Origin: the human T2T-CHM13v2.0 reference genome, Homo sapiens
NCBI RefSeq assembly: GCF_009914755.1
Contig: NC_060942.1
DNA length: 64,000 nucleotides
Reading direction: 5' to 3' (one strand)
Shown piece by piece: positions 1-11,702 of the stretch. Below the pieces are notes generated by a model. The model had not been told where the DNA came from. It saw only the letters and a program-made list of their open reading frames with translations, and did no database searches. The position numbers and the translations under genes were made by a program. The number at the start of each line of letters is the position of its first letter. Within the stretch, counting starts at the first letter, position 1.

Positions 1-283
1 TCTTTGGGATGTTTGCATTCAAGTCACAGAGTAGAACATTCCCTTTGGTAGAGCAGGTTTGAAACACTCTTTTTTTAGTATATGGAAGTGGACATTTGGA
101 GCGCTTTCAGGCCTACGTTGGAAAAGGAAATATCTTCCCATAACAACTAGACAGAAGCATTCTCAGAAACTAGTTTCTGATGTGTGTCCTCAACTAACAC
201 AGTTGTACATTTCTTTAGACAGAACAGTTTTGAAACACTCTTTTTGTGGAATCTGCAAGTGGATATTGGGCTAGATTTGAGGA

Positions 284-300
284 TTTCGTTGGAAACGGGA
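284..300 (+). promoter_or_regulatory. CENP-B box, dimer A (recurs in each HOR)
   Basis: TTTCGTTGGAAACGGGA matches nTTCGnnnnAnnCGGGn. Confidence 0.95.
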
Positions 301-450
301 TTACATATAAAAAGCAGACAGCAGCATTCTCAGAAAGTTCTTTGTGATGATTGCATTCAAGTCACAGAATTGAACATTCCCTTTCACAGAGCAGGTTTGA
401 AACACTCTTCTTGTAGTGTGTGTAAGTGGACATTTGGAGCGCTTTCCGGC

Positions 451-467
451 CTAAGGTGAAAAAGGAA
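451..467 (+). promoter_or_regulatory. pJalpha-like (A-box) motif in the box-less monomer
   Basis: CTAAGGTGAAAAAGGAA sits at the position homologous to the CENP-B box and is one mismatch from CTAYGGTGRAAAAGGAA. Confidence 0.6.
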
Positions 468-621
468 ATATCTTCCCATAAAAACTAGACAGAAGCATTC
501 TCAGAAACTTACTCGTGATGTGTGTCCTCAACTAAAGGAGTAGAACCTTTCTATTCATAGAGAAGTTTTGAAACGCTCTTTTTGTGGAATCTCCAAGTGG
601 ATATTTGGCTAGTTTTGAGGA

Positions 622-638
622 TTTCGTTGGAAGCGGGA
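622..638 (+). promoter_or_regulatory. CENP-B box, dimer B (overlaps the EcoRI site)
   Basis: TTTCGTTGGAAGCGGGA keeps all 9 core positions. Confidence 0.9.
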
Positions 639-959
639 ATTCATACAAATTGCAGACTGCAGCGTTCTGAGAAACATCGTTGTGATGTTTGTATTCAGGA
701 CACAGAGATGAACATTCCCTATCATAGAGCAGGTTGGAATCACTCCTTTTGTAGTATCTGGAAGTGGACATTTGGAGCGCTTTCAGGCCTATGTTGAAAA
801 AGGAAATATCTTCCCATAACAACTAGACACAAGCATTCTCAGAAACTTGTTTGTGATGTGTGCCCTCTACTGACAGAGTTGAACCTTTCTTTTCATAGAG
901 CAGTTTTGAAACACTCTTTTTGTAGAATCCGCAAGAGGATATTTGCATAGCTTTGAGGA

Positions 960-976
960 TTTCGTGGGAAACGGGA
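960..976 (+). promoter_or_regulatory. CENP-B box, dimer C
   Basis: TTTCGTGGGAAACGGGA keeps all 9 core positions. Confidence 0.9.
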
Positions 977-1301
977 TTGTCTTCAGGTAAAATCTAGACA
1001 GAAGCATTCTCAGAAACTTCTTTGGGATGTTTGCATTCAAGTCACAGAGTAGAACATTCCCTTTCGTAGAGCAGGTTTGAAACACTCTTTTTGTAGTATC
1101 TGGAAGTGGACATTTGGAGCGCTTTCAGGCCCATGTTGGAAAGGGAAATATCTTCCCGTAACAACTAGGCAGAAGCATTCTCAGAAACTTATTTGAGATG
1201 AGTGTACTCAACTAAGAGAATTGAACCACCGTTTTGAAGGAGCAGTTTTGAAACACTCTTTTTCTGGAATCTGCAAGAGTATATTTGCCTAGCTTTGAGG
1301 A

Positions 1302-1318
1302 TTTCGTTGGAAACGGGA
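1302..1318 (+). promoter_or_regulatory. CENP-B box, dimer D
   Basis: TTTCGTTGGAAACGGGA, canonical. Confidence 0.95.
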
Positions 1319-2877
1319 TTGTCTTCCGATAAAATCTAGACAGAAGCATTCTCAGAAACTTCTTTGGGATGTTTGCATTCAAGTCACAGAGTAGAACATT
1401 CCCTTTGGTAGAGCAGGTTTGAAACACTCTTTTTTTAGTATATGGAAGTGGACATTTGGAGCGCTTTCAGGCCTACGTTGGAAAAGGAAATATCTTCCCA
1501 TAACAACTAGACAGAAGCATTCTCAGAAACTAGTTTCTGATGTGTGTCCTCAACTAACACAGTTGAACTTTTCTTTAGACAGAACAGTTTTGAAACACTC
1601 TTTTTGTGGAATCTGCAAGTGGATATTTGGCTAGATTTGAGGATTTCGTTGGAAACGGGATTACATATAAAAAGCAGACAGCAGCATTCTCAGAAAGTTC
1701 TTTGTGATGATTGCATTCAAGTCACCGAATTGAACATTCCCTTTCACAGAGCAGGTTTGAAACATGCTTTTTGTAGTGTGTGTAAGTGGACATTTGGAGC
1801 GCTTTCCGGCCTAAGGTGAAAAAGGAAATATCTTCCCATAAAAACTAGACAGAAGCATTCTCAGAAACTTACTCGTGATGTGTGTCCTCAACTAAAGGAG
1901 TAGAACCTTTCTATTCATAGAGAAGTTTTGAAACGCTCTTTTTGTGGAATCTCCAAGTGGATATTTGGCTAGTTTTGAGGATTTCGTTGGAAGCGGGAAT
2001 TCATACAAATTGCAGACTGCAGCGTTCTGAGAAACATCTTTGTGATGTTTGTATTCAGGACACAGAGATGAACATTCCCTATCATAGAGCAGGTTGGAAT
2101 CACGCCTTTTGTAGTATCTGGAAGTGGACATTTGGAGCGCTTTCAGGCCTATGTTGAAAAAGGAAATATCTTGCCATAACAACTAGACACAAGCATTCTC
2201 AGAAACTTGTTTGTGATGTGTGCCCTCTACTGACAGAGTTGAACCTTTCTTTTCATAGAGCAGTTTTGAAACACTCTTTTGGTAGAATCCGCAAGAGGAT
2301 ATTTGCATAGCTTTGAGGATTTCGTGGGAAACGGGATTGTCTTCAGGTAAAATCTAGACAGAAGCATTCTCAGAAACTTCTTTTGGATGTTTGCATTCAA
2401 GTCACAGAGTAGAACATTCTCTTTGGTAGAGCAGGTTTGAAACACTCTTTTTGTAGTATCTGGAAGTGGACATTTGGAGCGCTTTCAAGCCCATGTTGGA
2501 AAGGGAAATATCTTCCCGTAACAACTAGGCAGAAGCATTCTCAGAAACTTATTTGAGATGTGTGTACTCAACTAAGAGAATTGAACCACCGTTTTGAAGG
2601 AGCAGTTTTGAAACACTCTTTTTCTGGAATCTGCAAGAGTATATTTGCCTAGCTTTGAGGATTTCGTTGGAAACGGGATTGTCTTCAGATAAAATCTAGA
2701 CAGAAGCATTCTCAGAAACTTCTTTGGGATGTTTGCATTCAAGTCACAGAGTAGAACATTCCCTTTGGTAGAGCAGGTTTGAAACACTCTTTTTTTAGTA
2801 TATGGAAGTGGACATTTGGAGCGCTTTCAGGCCTACGTTGGAAAAGGAAATATCTTCCCATAACAACTAGACAGAAG

Positions 2878-4570
2878 CATTCTCAGAAACTAGTTTCTGA
2901 TGTGTGTCCTCAACTAACACAGTTGAACTTTTCTTTAGACAGAACAGTTTTGAAACACTCTTTTTGTGGAATCTGCAAGTGGATATTGGGCTAGATTTGA
3001 GGATTTCGTTGGAAACGGGATTACATATAAAAAGCAGTCAGCAGCATTCTCAGAAAGTTCTTTGTGATGATTGCATTCAAGTCACAGAATTGAACATTCC
3101 CTTTCACAGAGCAGGTTTGAAACACTCTTTTTGTAGTGTGTGTAAGTGGACATTTGGAGCGCTTTCCGGCCTAAGGTGAAAAAGGAAATATCTTCCCATA
3201 AAAACTAGACAGAAGCATTCTCAGAAACTTACTCGTGATGTGTGTCCTCAACTAAAGGAGTAGAACCTTTCTTTTCATAGAGAAGTTTTGAAACGCTCTT
3301 TTTGTGGAATCTGCAAGTGGATATTTGGCTAGTTTGGAGGATTTCGTTGGAAGCGGGAATTCATACAAATTGCAGACTGCAGCGTTCTGAGAAACATCTT
3401 TGTGATGTTTGTATTCAGGACACAGAGTTGAACATTCCCTATCATAGAGCAGGTTTGAATCACTCCTTTTGTAGTATCTGGAAGTGGACATTTGGAGCGC
3501 TTTCAGGCCTATGTTGGAAAAGGAAATATCTTCCCATAACAACTAGACAGAAGCATTCTCAGAAACTTATTTGAGATGTGTGTACTCAACTAAGAGAATT
3601 GAACCACCGTTTTGAAGGAGCAGTTTTGAAACCCTCTTTTTCTGGAATCTGCAAGTGGATATTTGGCTAGCTTTGGGGATTTCGCTGGAAGCGGGAATAC
3701 ATATAAAAAGCACACAGCAGCGTTCTGAGAAACTGCTTTCTGATGTTTGCATTCAAGTCAAAAGTTGAACACTCCCTTTCATAGAGCAGTCTTGAAACAC
3801 CCCTTTTGTAGTATCCGGAAGTGGACATTTGGAGCGCTTTCAGGGCTAAGGTGAAAAAGGAAATATCTTCCCATAAAAACTGGACAGAAGCATTCTCAGA
3901 AACTTGTTTATGCTGTATCTACTCTACTAACAAAGTTGAACCTTTCTTTTGATAGGGCAGTTTTGAAATGCTCTTTTTGTGGAATCTGCAAGTGGATATT
4001 TGGCTAGTTTTGAGGATTTCGTTGGAAGCTGGAATTCATACAAATTGCAGACTGCAGCGTTCTGAGAAACATCTTTGTGATGTTTGTATTCAGGACACAG
4101 AGTTGAACATTCCCTATCATAGAGCAGGTTGGAATCACTCCTTTTGTAGTATCTGGAAGTGGACATTTGGAGCGCTTTCAGGCCCATGTTGGAAAGGGAA
4201 ATATCTTCCCGTAACAACTAGGCAGAAGCATTCTCAGAAACTTATTTGAGATGTGTGTACTCAACTAAGAGAATTGAACCACCGTTTTGAAGGAGCAGTT
4301 TTGAAACACTCTTTTTCTGGAATCTGCAAGAGTATATTTGCCTAGCCTTGAGGATTTCGTTGGAAACGGGATTGTCTTCAGATAAAATCTAGACAGAAGC
4401 ATTCTCAGAAACTTCTTTGGGATGTTTGCATTCAAGTCACAGAGTAGAACATTCCCTTTGGTAGAGCAGGTTTGAAACACTCTTTTTTTAGTATATGGAA
4501 GTGGACATTTGGAGCGCTTTCAGGCCTACGTTGGAAAAGGAAATATCTTCCCATAACAACTAGACAGAAG
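2878..4570 (+). repeat. 10-mer HOR variant (1693 bp), A-B-E-F-D
   Basis: Landmark spacing 2779 to 4472 = 1693; contains extra dimers E (3554-3890, TTTCGCTGGAAGCGGGAATAC) and F (3891-4228, CTTGTTTATGCTGTATC) and lacks dimer C. Confidence 0.92.
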
Positions 4571-7500
4571 CATTCTCAGAAACTAGTTTCTGATGTGTGT
4601 CCTCAACTAACACAGTTGTACATTTCTTTAGACAGAACAGTTTTGAAACACTCTTTTTGTGGAATCTGCAAGTGGATATTGGGCTAGATTTGAGGATTTC
4701 GTTGGAAACGGGATTACATATAAAAAGCAGACAGCAGCATTCTCAGAAAGTTCTTTGTGATGATTGCATTCAAGTCACAGAATTGAACATTCCCTTTCAC
4801 AGAGCAGGTTTGAAACACTCTTCTTGTAGTGTGTGTAAGTGGACATTTGGAGCGCTTTCCGGCCTAAGGTGAAAAAGGAAATATCTTCCCATAAAAACTA
4901 GACAGAAGCATTCTCAGAAACTTACTCGTGATGTGTGTCCTCAACTAAAGGAGTAGAACCTTTCTATTCATAGAGAAGTTTTGAAACGCTCTTTTTGTGG
5001 AATCTCCAAGTGGATATTTGGCTAGTTTTGAGGATTTCGTTGGAAGCGGGAATTCATACAAATTGCAGACTGCAGCGTTCTGAGAAACATCGTTGTGATG
5101 TTTGTATTCAGGACACAGAGATGAACATTCCCTATCATAGAGCAGGTTGGAATCACTCCTTTTGTAGTATCTGGAAGTGGACATTTGGAGCGCTTTCAGG
5201 CCTATGTTGAAAAAGGAAATATCTTCCCATAACAACTAGACACAAGCATTCTCAGAAACTTGTTTGTGATGTGTGCCCTCTACTGACAGAGTTGAACCTT
5301 TCTTTTCATAGAGCAGTTTTGAAACACTCTTTTTGTAGAATCCGCAAGAGGATATTTGCATAGCTTTGAGGATTTCGTGGGAAACGGGATTGTCTTCAGG
5401 TAAAATCTAGACAGAAGCATTCTCAGAAACTTCTTTGGGATGTTTGCATTCAAGTCACAGAGTAGAACATTCCCTTTCGTAGAGCAGGTTTGAAACACTC
5501 TTTTTGTAGTATCTGGAAGTGGACATTTGGAGCGCTTTCAGGCCCATGTTGGAAAGGGAAATATCTTCCCGTAACAACTAGGCAGAAGCATTCTCAGAAA
5601 CTTATTTGAGATGTGTGTACTCAACTAAGAGAATTGAACCACCGTTTTGAAGGAGCAGTTTTGAAACACTCTTTTTCTGGAATCTGCAAGAGTATATTTG
5701 CCTAGCTTTGAGGATTTCGTTGGAAACGGGATTGTCTTCCGATAAAATCTAGACAGAAGCATTCTCAGAAACTTCTTTGGGATGTTTGCATTCAAGTCAC
5801 AGAGTAGAACATTCCCTTTGGTAGAGCAGGTTTGAAACACTCTTTTTTTAGTATATGGAAGTGGACATTTGGAGCGCTTTCAGGCCTACGTTGGAAAAGG
5901 AAATATCTTCCCATAACAACTAGACAGAAGCATTCTCAGAAACTAGTTTCTGATGTGTGTCCTCAACTAACACAGTTGAACTTTTCTTTAGACAGAACAG
6001 TTTTGAAACACTCTTTTTGTGGAATCTGCAAGTGGATATTGGGCTAGATTTGAGGATTTCGTTGGAAACGGGATTACATATAAAAAGCAGACAGCAGCAT
6101 TCTCAGAAAGTTCTTTGTGATGATTGCATTCAAGTCACCGAATTGAACATTCCCTTTCACAGAGCAGGTTTGAAACATGCTTTTTGTAGTGTGTGTAAGT
6201 GGACATTTGGAGCGCTTTCCGGCCTAAGGTGAAAAAGGAAATATCTTCCCATAAAAACTAGACAGAAGCATTCTCAGAAACTTACTCGTGATGTGTGTCC
6301 TCAACTAAAGGAGTAGAACCTTTCTATTCATAGAGAAGTTTTGAAACGCTCTTTTTGTGGAATCTCCAAGTGGATATTTGGCTAGTTTTGAGGATTTCGT
6401 TGGAAGCGGGAATTCATACAAATTGCAGACTGCAGCGTTCTGAGAAACATCTTTGTGATGTTTGTATTCAGGACACAGAGATGAACATTCCCTATCATAG
6501 AGCAGGTTGGAATCACGCCTTTTGTAGTATCTGGAAGTGGACATTTGGAGCGCTTTCAGGCCTATGTTGAAAAAGGAAATATCTTGCCATAACAACTAGA
6601 CACAAGCATTCTCAGAAACTTGTTTGTGATGTGTGCCCTCTACTGACAGAGTTGAACCTTTCTTTTCATAGAGCAGTTTTGAAACACTCTTTTGGTAGAA
6701 TCCGCAAGAGGATATTTGCATAGCTTTGAGGATTTCGTGGGAAACGGGATTGTCTTCAGGTAAAATCTAGACAGAAGCATTCTCAGAAACTTCTTTTGGA
6801 TGTTTGCATTCAAGTCACAGAGTAGAACATTCTCTTTGGTAGAGCAGGTTTGAAACACTCTTTTTGTAGTATCTGGAAGTGGACATTTGGAGCGCTTTCA
6901 AGCCCATGTTGGAAAGGGAAATATCTTCCCGTAACAACTAGGCAGAAGCATTCTCAGAAACTTATTTGAGATGTGTGTACTCAACTAAGAGAATTGAACC
7001 ACCGTTTTGAAGGAGCAGTTTTGAAACACTCTTTTTCTGGAATCTGCAAGAGTATATTTGCCTAGCTTTGAGGATTTCGTTGGAAACGGGATTGTCTTCA
7101 GATAAAATCTAGACAGAAGCATTCTCAGAAACTTCTTTGGGATGTTTGCATTCAAGTCACAGAGTAGAACATTCCCTTTGGTAGAGCAGGTTTGAAACAC
7201 TCTTTTTTTAGTATATGGAAGTGGACATTTGGAGCGCTTTCAGGCCTACGTTGGAAAAGGAAATATCTTCCCATAACAACTAGACAGAAGCATTCTCAGA
7301 AACTAGTTTCTGATGTGTGTCCTCAACTAACACAGTTGAACTTTTCTTTAGACAGAACAGTTTTGAAACACTCTTTTTGTGGAATCTGCAAGTGGATATT
7401 GGGCTAGATTTGAGGATTTCATTGGAAACGGGATTACATATAAAAAGCAGACAGCAGCATTCTCAGAAAGTTCTTTGTGATGATTGCATTCAAGTCACAG

Positions 7501-10010
7501 AATTGAACATTCCCTTTCACAGAGCAGGTTTGAAACACTCTTTTTGTAGTGTGTGTAAGTGGACATTTGGAGCGCTTTCCGGCCTAAGGTGAAAAAGGAA
7601 ATATCTTCCCATAAAAACTAGACAGAAGCATTCTCAGAAACTTACTCGTGATGTGTGTCCTCAACTAAAGGAGTAGAACCTTTCTATTCATAGAGAAGTT
7701 TTGAAACGCTCTTTTTGTGGAATCTCCAAGTGGATATTTGGCTAGTTTTGAGGATTTCGTTGGAAGCGGGAATTCATACAAATTGCAGACTGCAGCGTTC
7801 TGAGAAACATCTTTGTGATGTTTGTATTCAGGACACAGAGATGAACATTCCCTATCATAGAGCAGGTTGGAATCACTCCTTTTGTAGTATCTGGAAGTGG
7901 ACATTTGGAGCGCTTTCAGGCCTATGTTGGAAAAGGAAATATCTTCCCATAACAACTAGACACAAGCATTCTCAGAAACTTGTTTGTGATGTGTGCCCTT
8001 TACTGACAGAGTTGAACCTTTCTTTTCATAGAGCAGTTTTGAAACACTCTTTTTGTAGAATCCGCAAGAGGATATTTGCATAGCTTTGAGGATTTCGTGG
8101 GAAACGGGATTGTCTTCAGGTAAAATCTAGACAGAAGCATTCTCAGAAACTTCTTTGGGATGTTTGCATTCAAGTCACAGAGTAGAACATTCCCTTTGGT
8201 AGAGCAGGTTTGAAACACTCTTTTTGTAGTATCTGGAAGTGGACATTTGGAGCGCTTTCAGGCCCATGTTGGAAAGGGAAATATCTTCCCGTAACAACTA
8301 GGCAGAAGCATTCTCAGAAACTTATTTGAGATGTGTGTACTCAACTAAGAGAATTGAACCACCGTTTTGAAGGAGCAGTTTTGAAACACTCTTTTTCTGG
8401 AATCTGCAAGAGTATATTTGCCTAGCCTTGAGGATTTCGTTAGAAACGGGATTGTCTTCAGATAAAATCTAGACAGAAGCATTCTCAGAAACTTCTTTGG
8501 GATGTTTGCATTCAAGTCACAGAGTAGAACATTCCCTTTGGTAGAGCAGGTTTGAAACACTCTTTTTTTAGTATATGGAAGTGGACATTTGGAGCGCTTT
8601 CAGGCCTACGTTGGAAAAGGAAATATCTTCCCATAACAACTAGACAGAAGCATTCTCAGAAACTAGTTTCTGATGTGTGTCCTCAACTAACACAGTTGAA
8701 CTTTTCTTTAGACAGAACAGTTTTGAAACACTCTTTTTGTGGAATCTGCAAGTGGATATTGGGCTAGATTTGAGGATTTCGTTGGAAACGGGATTACATA
8801 TAAAAAGCAGACAGCAGCATTCTCAGAAAGTTCTTTGTGATGATTGCATTCAAGTCACAGAATTGAACATTCCCTTTCACAGAGCAGGGTTGAAACACGC
8901 TTTTTGTAGTGTGTGTAAGTGGACATTTGGAGTGCTTTCCGGCCTAAGGTGAAAAAGGAAATATCTTCCCATAAAAACTAGACAGAAGCATTCTCAGAAA
9001 CTTACTCGTGATGTGTGTCCTCAACAAAAGGAGTAGAACCTTTCTTTTCATAGAGAAGTTTTGAAACGCTCTTTTTGTGGAATCTGCAAGTGGATATTTG
9101 GCTAGTTTTGAGGATTTCGTTGGAAGCGGGAATTCATACAAATTGCAGACTGCAGCGTTCTGAGAAACATCTTTGTGATGTTTGTATTCAAGACACAGAG
9201 ATGAACATTCCCTATCATAGAGCAGGTTGGAATCACTCCTTTTGTAGTATCTGGAAGTGGACATTTGGAGCGCTTTCAGGCCTATGTTGAAAAAGGAAAT
9301 ATCTTCCCATAACAACTAGACACAAGCATTCTCAGAAACTTGTTTGTGATGTGTGCCCTCTACTGACAGAGTTGAACCTTTCTTTTCATAGAGCAGTTTT
9401 GAAACACTCTTTTTGTAGAATCTGCAAGAGGATATTTGCATAGCTTTGAGGATTTCGTGGGAAACGGGATTGTCTTCAGGTAAAATCTAGACAGAAGCAT
9501 TCTCAGAAACTTCTTTGGGATGTTTGCATTCAAGTCACAGAGTAGAACATTCCCTTTGGTAGAGCAGGTTTGAAACACTCTTTTTGTAGTATCTGGAAGT
9601 GGACATTTGGAGCGCTTTCAGGCCCATGTTGGAAAGGGAAATATCTTCCCGTAACAACTAGGCAGAAGCATTCTCAGACACTTATTTGAGATGTGTGTAC
9701 TCAACTAAGAGAATTGAACCACCGTTTTGAAGGAGCAGTTTTGAAACACTCTTTTTCTGGAATCTGCAAGAGTATATTTGCCTAGCCTTGAGGATTTCGT
9801 TGGAAACGGGATTGTCTTCAGATAAAATCTAGACAGAAGCATTCTCAGAAACTTCTTTGGGATGTTTGCATTCAAGTCACAGAGTAGAACATTCCCTTTG
9901 GTAGAGCAGGTTTGAAACACTCTTTTTTTAGTATATGGAAGTGGACAATTGGAGCGCTTTCAGGCCTAGGTTTGAAAAGGAAATATCTTCCCATAACAAC
10001 TTGACAGAAG

Positions 10011-11702
10011 CATTCTCAGAAACTAGTTTCTGATGTGTGTCCTCAACTAACACAGTTGTACATTTCTTTAGACAGAACAGTTTTGAAACACTCTTTTTGT
10101 GGAATCTGCAAGTGGATATTGGGCTAGATTTGAGGATTTCGTTGGAAACGGGATTACATATAAAAAGCAGTCAGCAGCATTCTCAGAAAGTTCTTTGTGA
10201 TGATTGCATTCAAGTCACAGAATTGAACATTCCCTTTCACAGAGCAGGTTTGAAACACTCTTTTTGTAGTGTGTGTAAGTGGACATTTGGAGCGCTTTCC
10301 GGCCTAAGGTGAAAAAGGAAATATCTTCCCATAAAAACTAGACAGAAGCATTCTCAGAAACTTACTCGTGATGTGTGTCCTCAACTAAAGGAGTAGAACC
10401 TTTCTATTCATAGAGAAGTTTTGAAACGCTCTTTTTGTGGAATCTCCAAGTGGATATTTGGCTAGTTTTGAGGATTTCGTTGGAAGCTGGAATTCATACA
10501 AATTGCAGACTGCAGCGTTCTGAGAAACATCTTTGTGATGTTTGTATTCAGGACACAGAGTTGAACATTCCCTATCATAGAGCAGGTTTGAATCACTCCT
10601 TTTGTAGTATCTGGAAGTGGACATTTGGAGCGCTTTCAGGCCTATGTTGGAAAAGGAAATATCTTCCCATAACAACTAGACAGAAGCATTCTCAGAAACT
10701 TATTTGAGATGTGTGTACTCAACTAAGAGAATTGAACCACCGTTTTGAAGGAGCAGTTTTGAAACACTCTTTTTCTGGATTCTGCAAGTGGATATTTGGC
10801 TAGCTTTGGGGATTTCGCTGGAAGCGGGAATACATATAAAAAGCACACAGCAGCGTTCTGAGAAACTGCTTTCTGATGTTTGCATTCAAGTCAAAAGTTG
10901 AACACTCCCTTTCATAGAGCAGTCTTGAAACACCCCTTTTGTAGTATCTGGAAGTGGACATTTGGAGCGCTTTCAGGGCTAAGGTGAAAAAGGAAATATC
11001 TTCCCATAAAAACTGGACAGAAGCATTCTCAGAAACTTGTTTATGCTGTATCTACTCTACTAACAATGTTGAACCTTTCTTTTGATAGGGCAGTTTTGAA
11101 ATGCTCTTTTTGTGGAATCTGCAAGTGGATATTTGGCTAGTTTTGAGGATTTCGTTGGAAGCTGGAATTCATGCAAATTGTAGACTGCAGCGTTCTGAGA
11201 AACATCTTTGTGATGTTTGTATTCAGGACACAGAGTTGAACATTCCCTATCATAGAGCAGGTTTGAATCACTCCTTTTGTAGTATCTGGAAGTGGACATT
11301 TGGAGCGCTTTCAGGCCTATTTTGGAAAGGGAAATATCTTCCCGTAACAACTACGCAGAAGCATTCTCTGAAACTTATTTGAGATGTGTGTACTCAACTA
11401 AGAGAATTGAACCACCGTTTTGAAGGAGCAGTTTTGAAACACTCTTTTTCTGGAATCTGCTAGAGGATATTTGCCTAGCTTTGAGGATTTCGTTGGAAAC
11501 GGGATTGTCTTCAGATCAAATCTAGACAGAAACATTCTCAGAAACTTCTTTGGGAAGTTTGTATTCAAGTCACAGAGTAGAACATTCCCTTTGGTAGAGC
11601 AGGTTTGAAACACTCTTTTTTTAGTATATGGAAGTGGACATTTGGAGCGCTTTCAGGCCTACGTTGGAAAGGAAATATCTTCCCATAACAACTAGACAGA
11701 AG
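10011..11702 (+). repeat. 10-mer HOR variant (1692 bp), A-B-E-F-G/D
   Basis: E+F block at 10687-11361, followed by a D-like monomer with CTGCTAGAGGATAT and CAGATCAAA (type G); 1-bp deletion near 11670. Confidence 0.9.

Larger units (their letters stand above)
158..1517 (+). repeat. Representative 8-mer HOR (1360 bp): dimers A 158-495, B 496-833, C 834-1175, D 1176-1517; 39 such units in the window
   Basis: Monomer starts at 158, 325, 496, 663, 834, 1005, 1176, 1347, next unit at 1518; monomer lengths 167, 171, 167, 171, 171, 171, 171, 171. Confidence 0.95.

Noticed and set aside
304-314. TATA-like CATATAAAAAG after the dimer A box
   Set aside because: It is a standard part of the monomer in every HOR with no other promoter evidence. 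Alpha-satellite transcription is known but cannot be located from sequence alone.
8435-8451. Variant boxes TTTCGTTAGAAACGGGA (8435) and TTTCGTTGAAAGCGGGA (28134) as knock-outs
   Set aside because: The changes fall at non-core positions and all 9 required bases remain.
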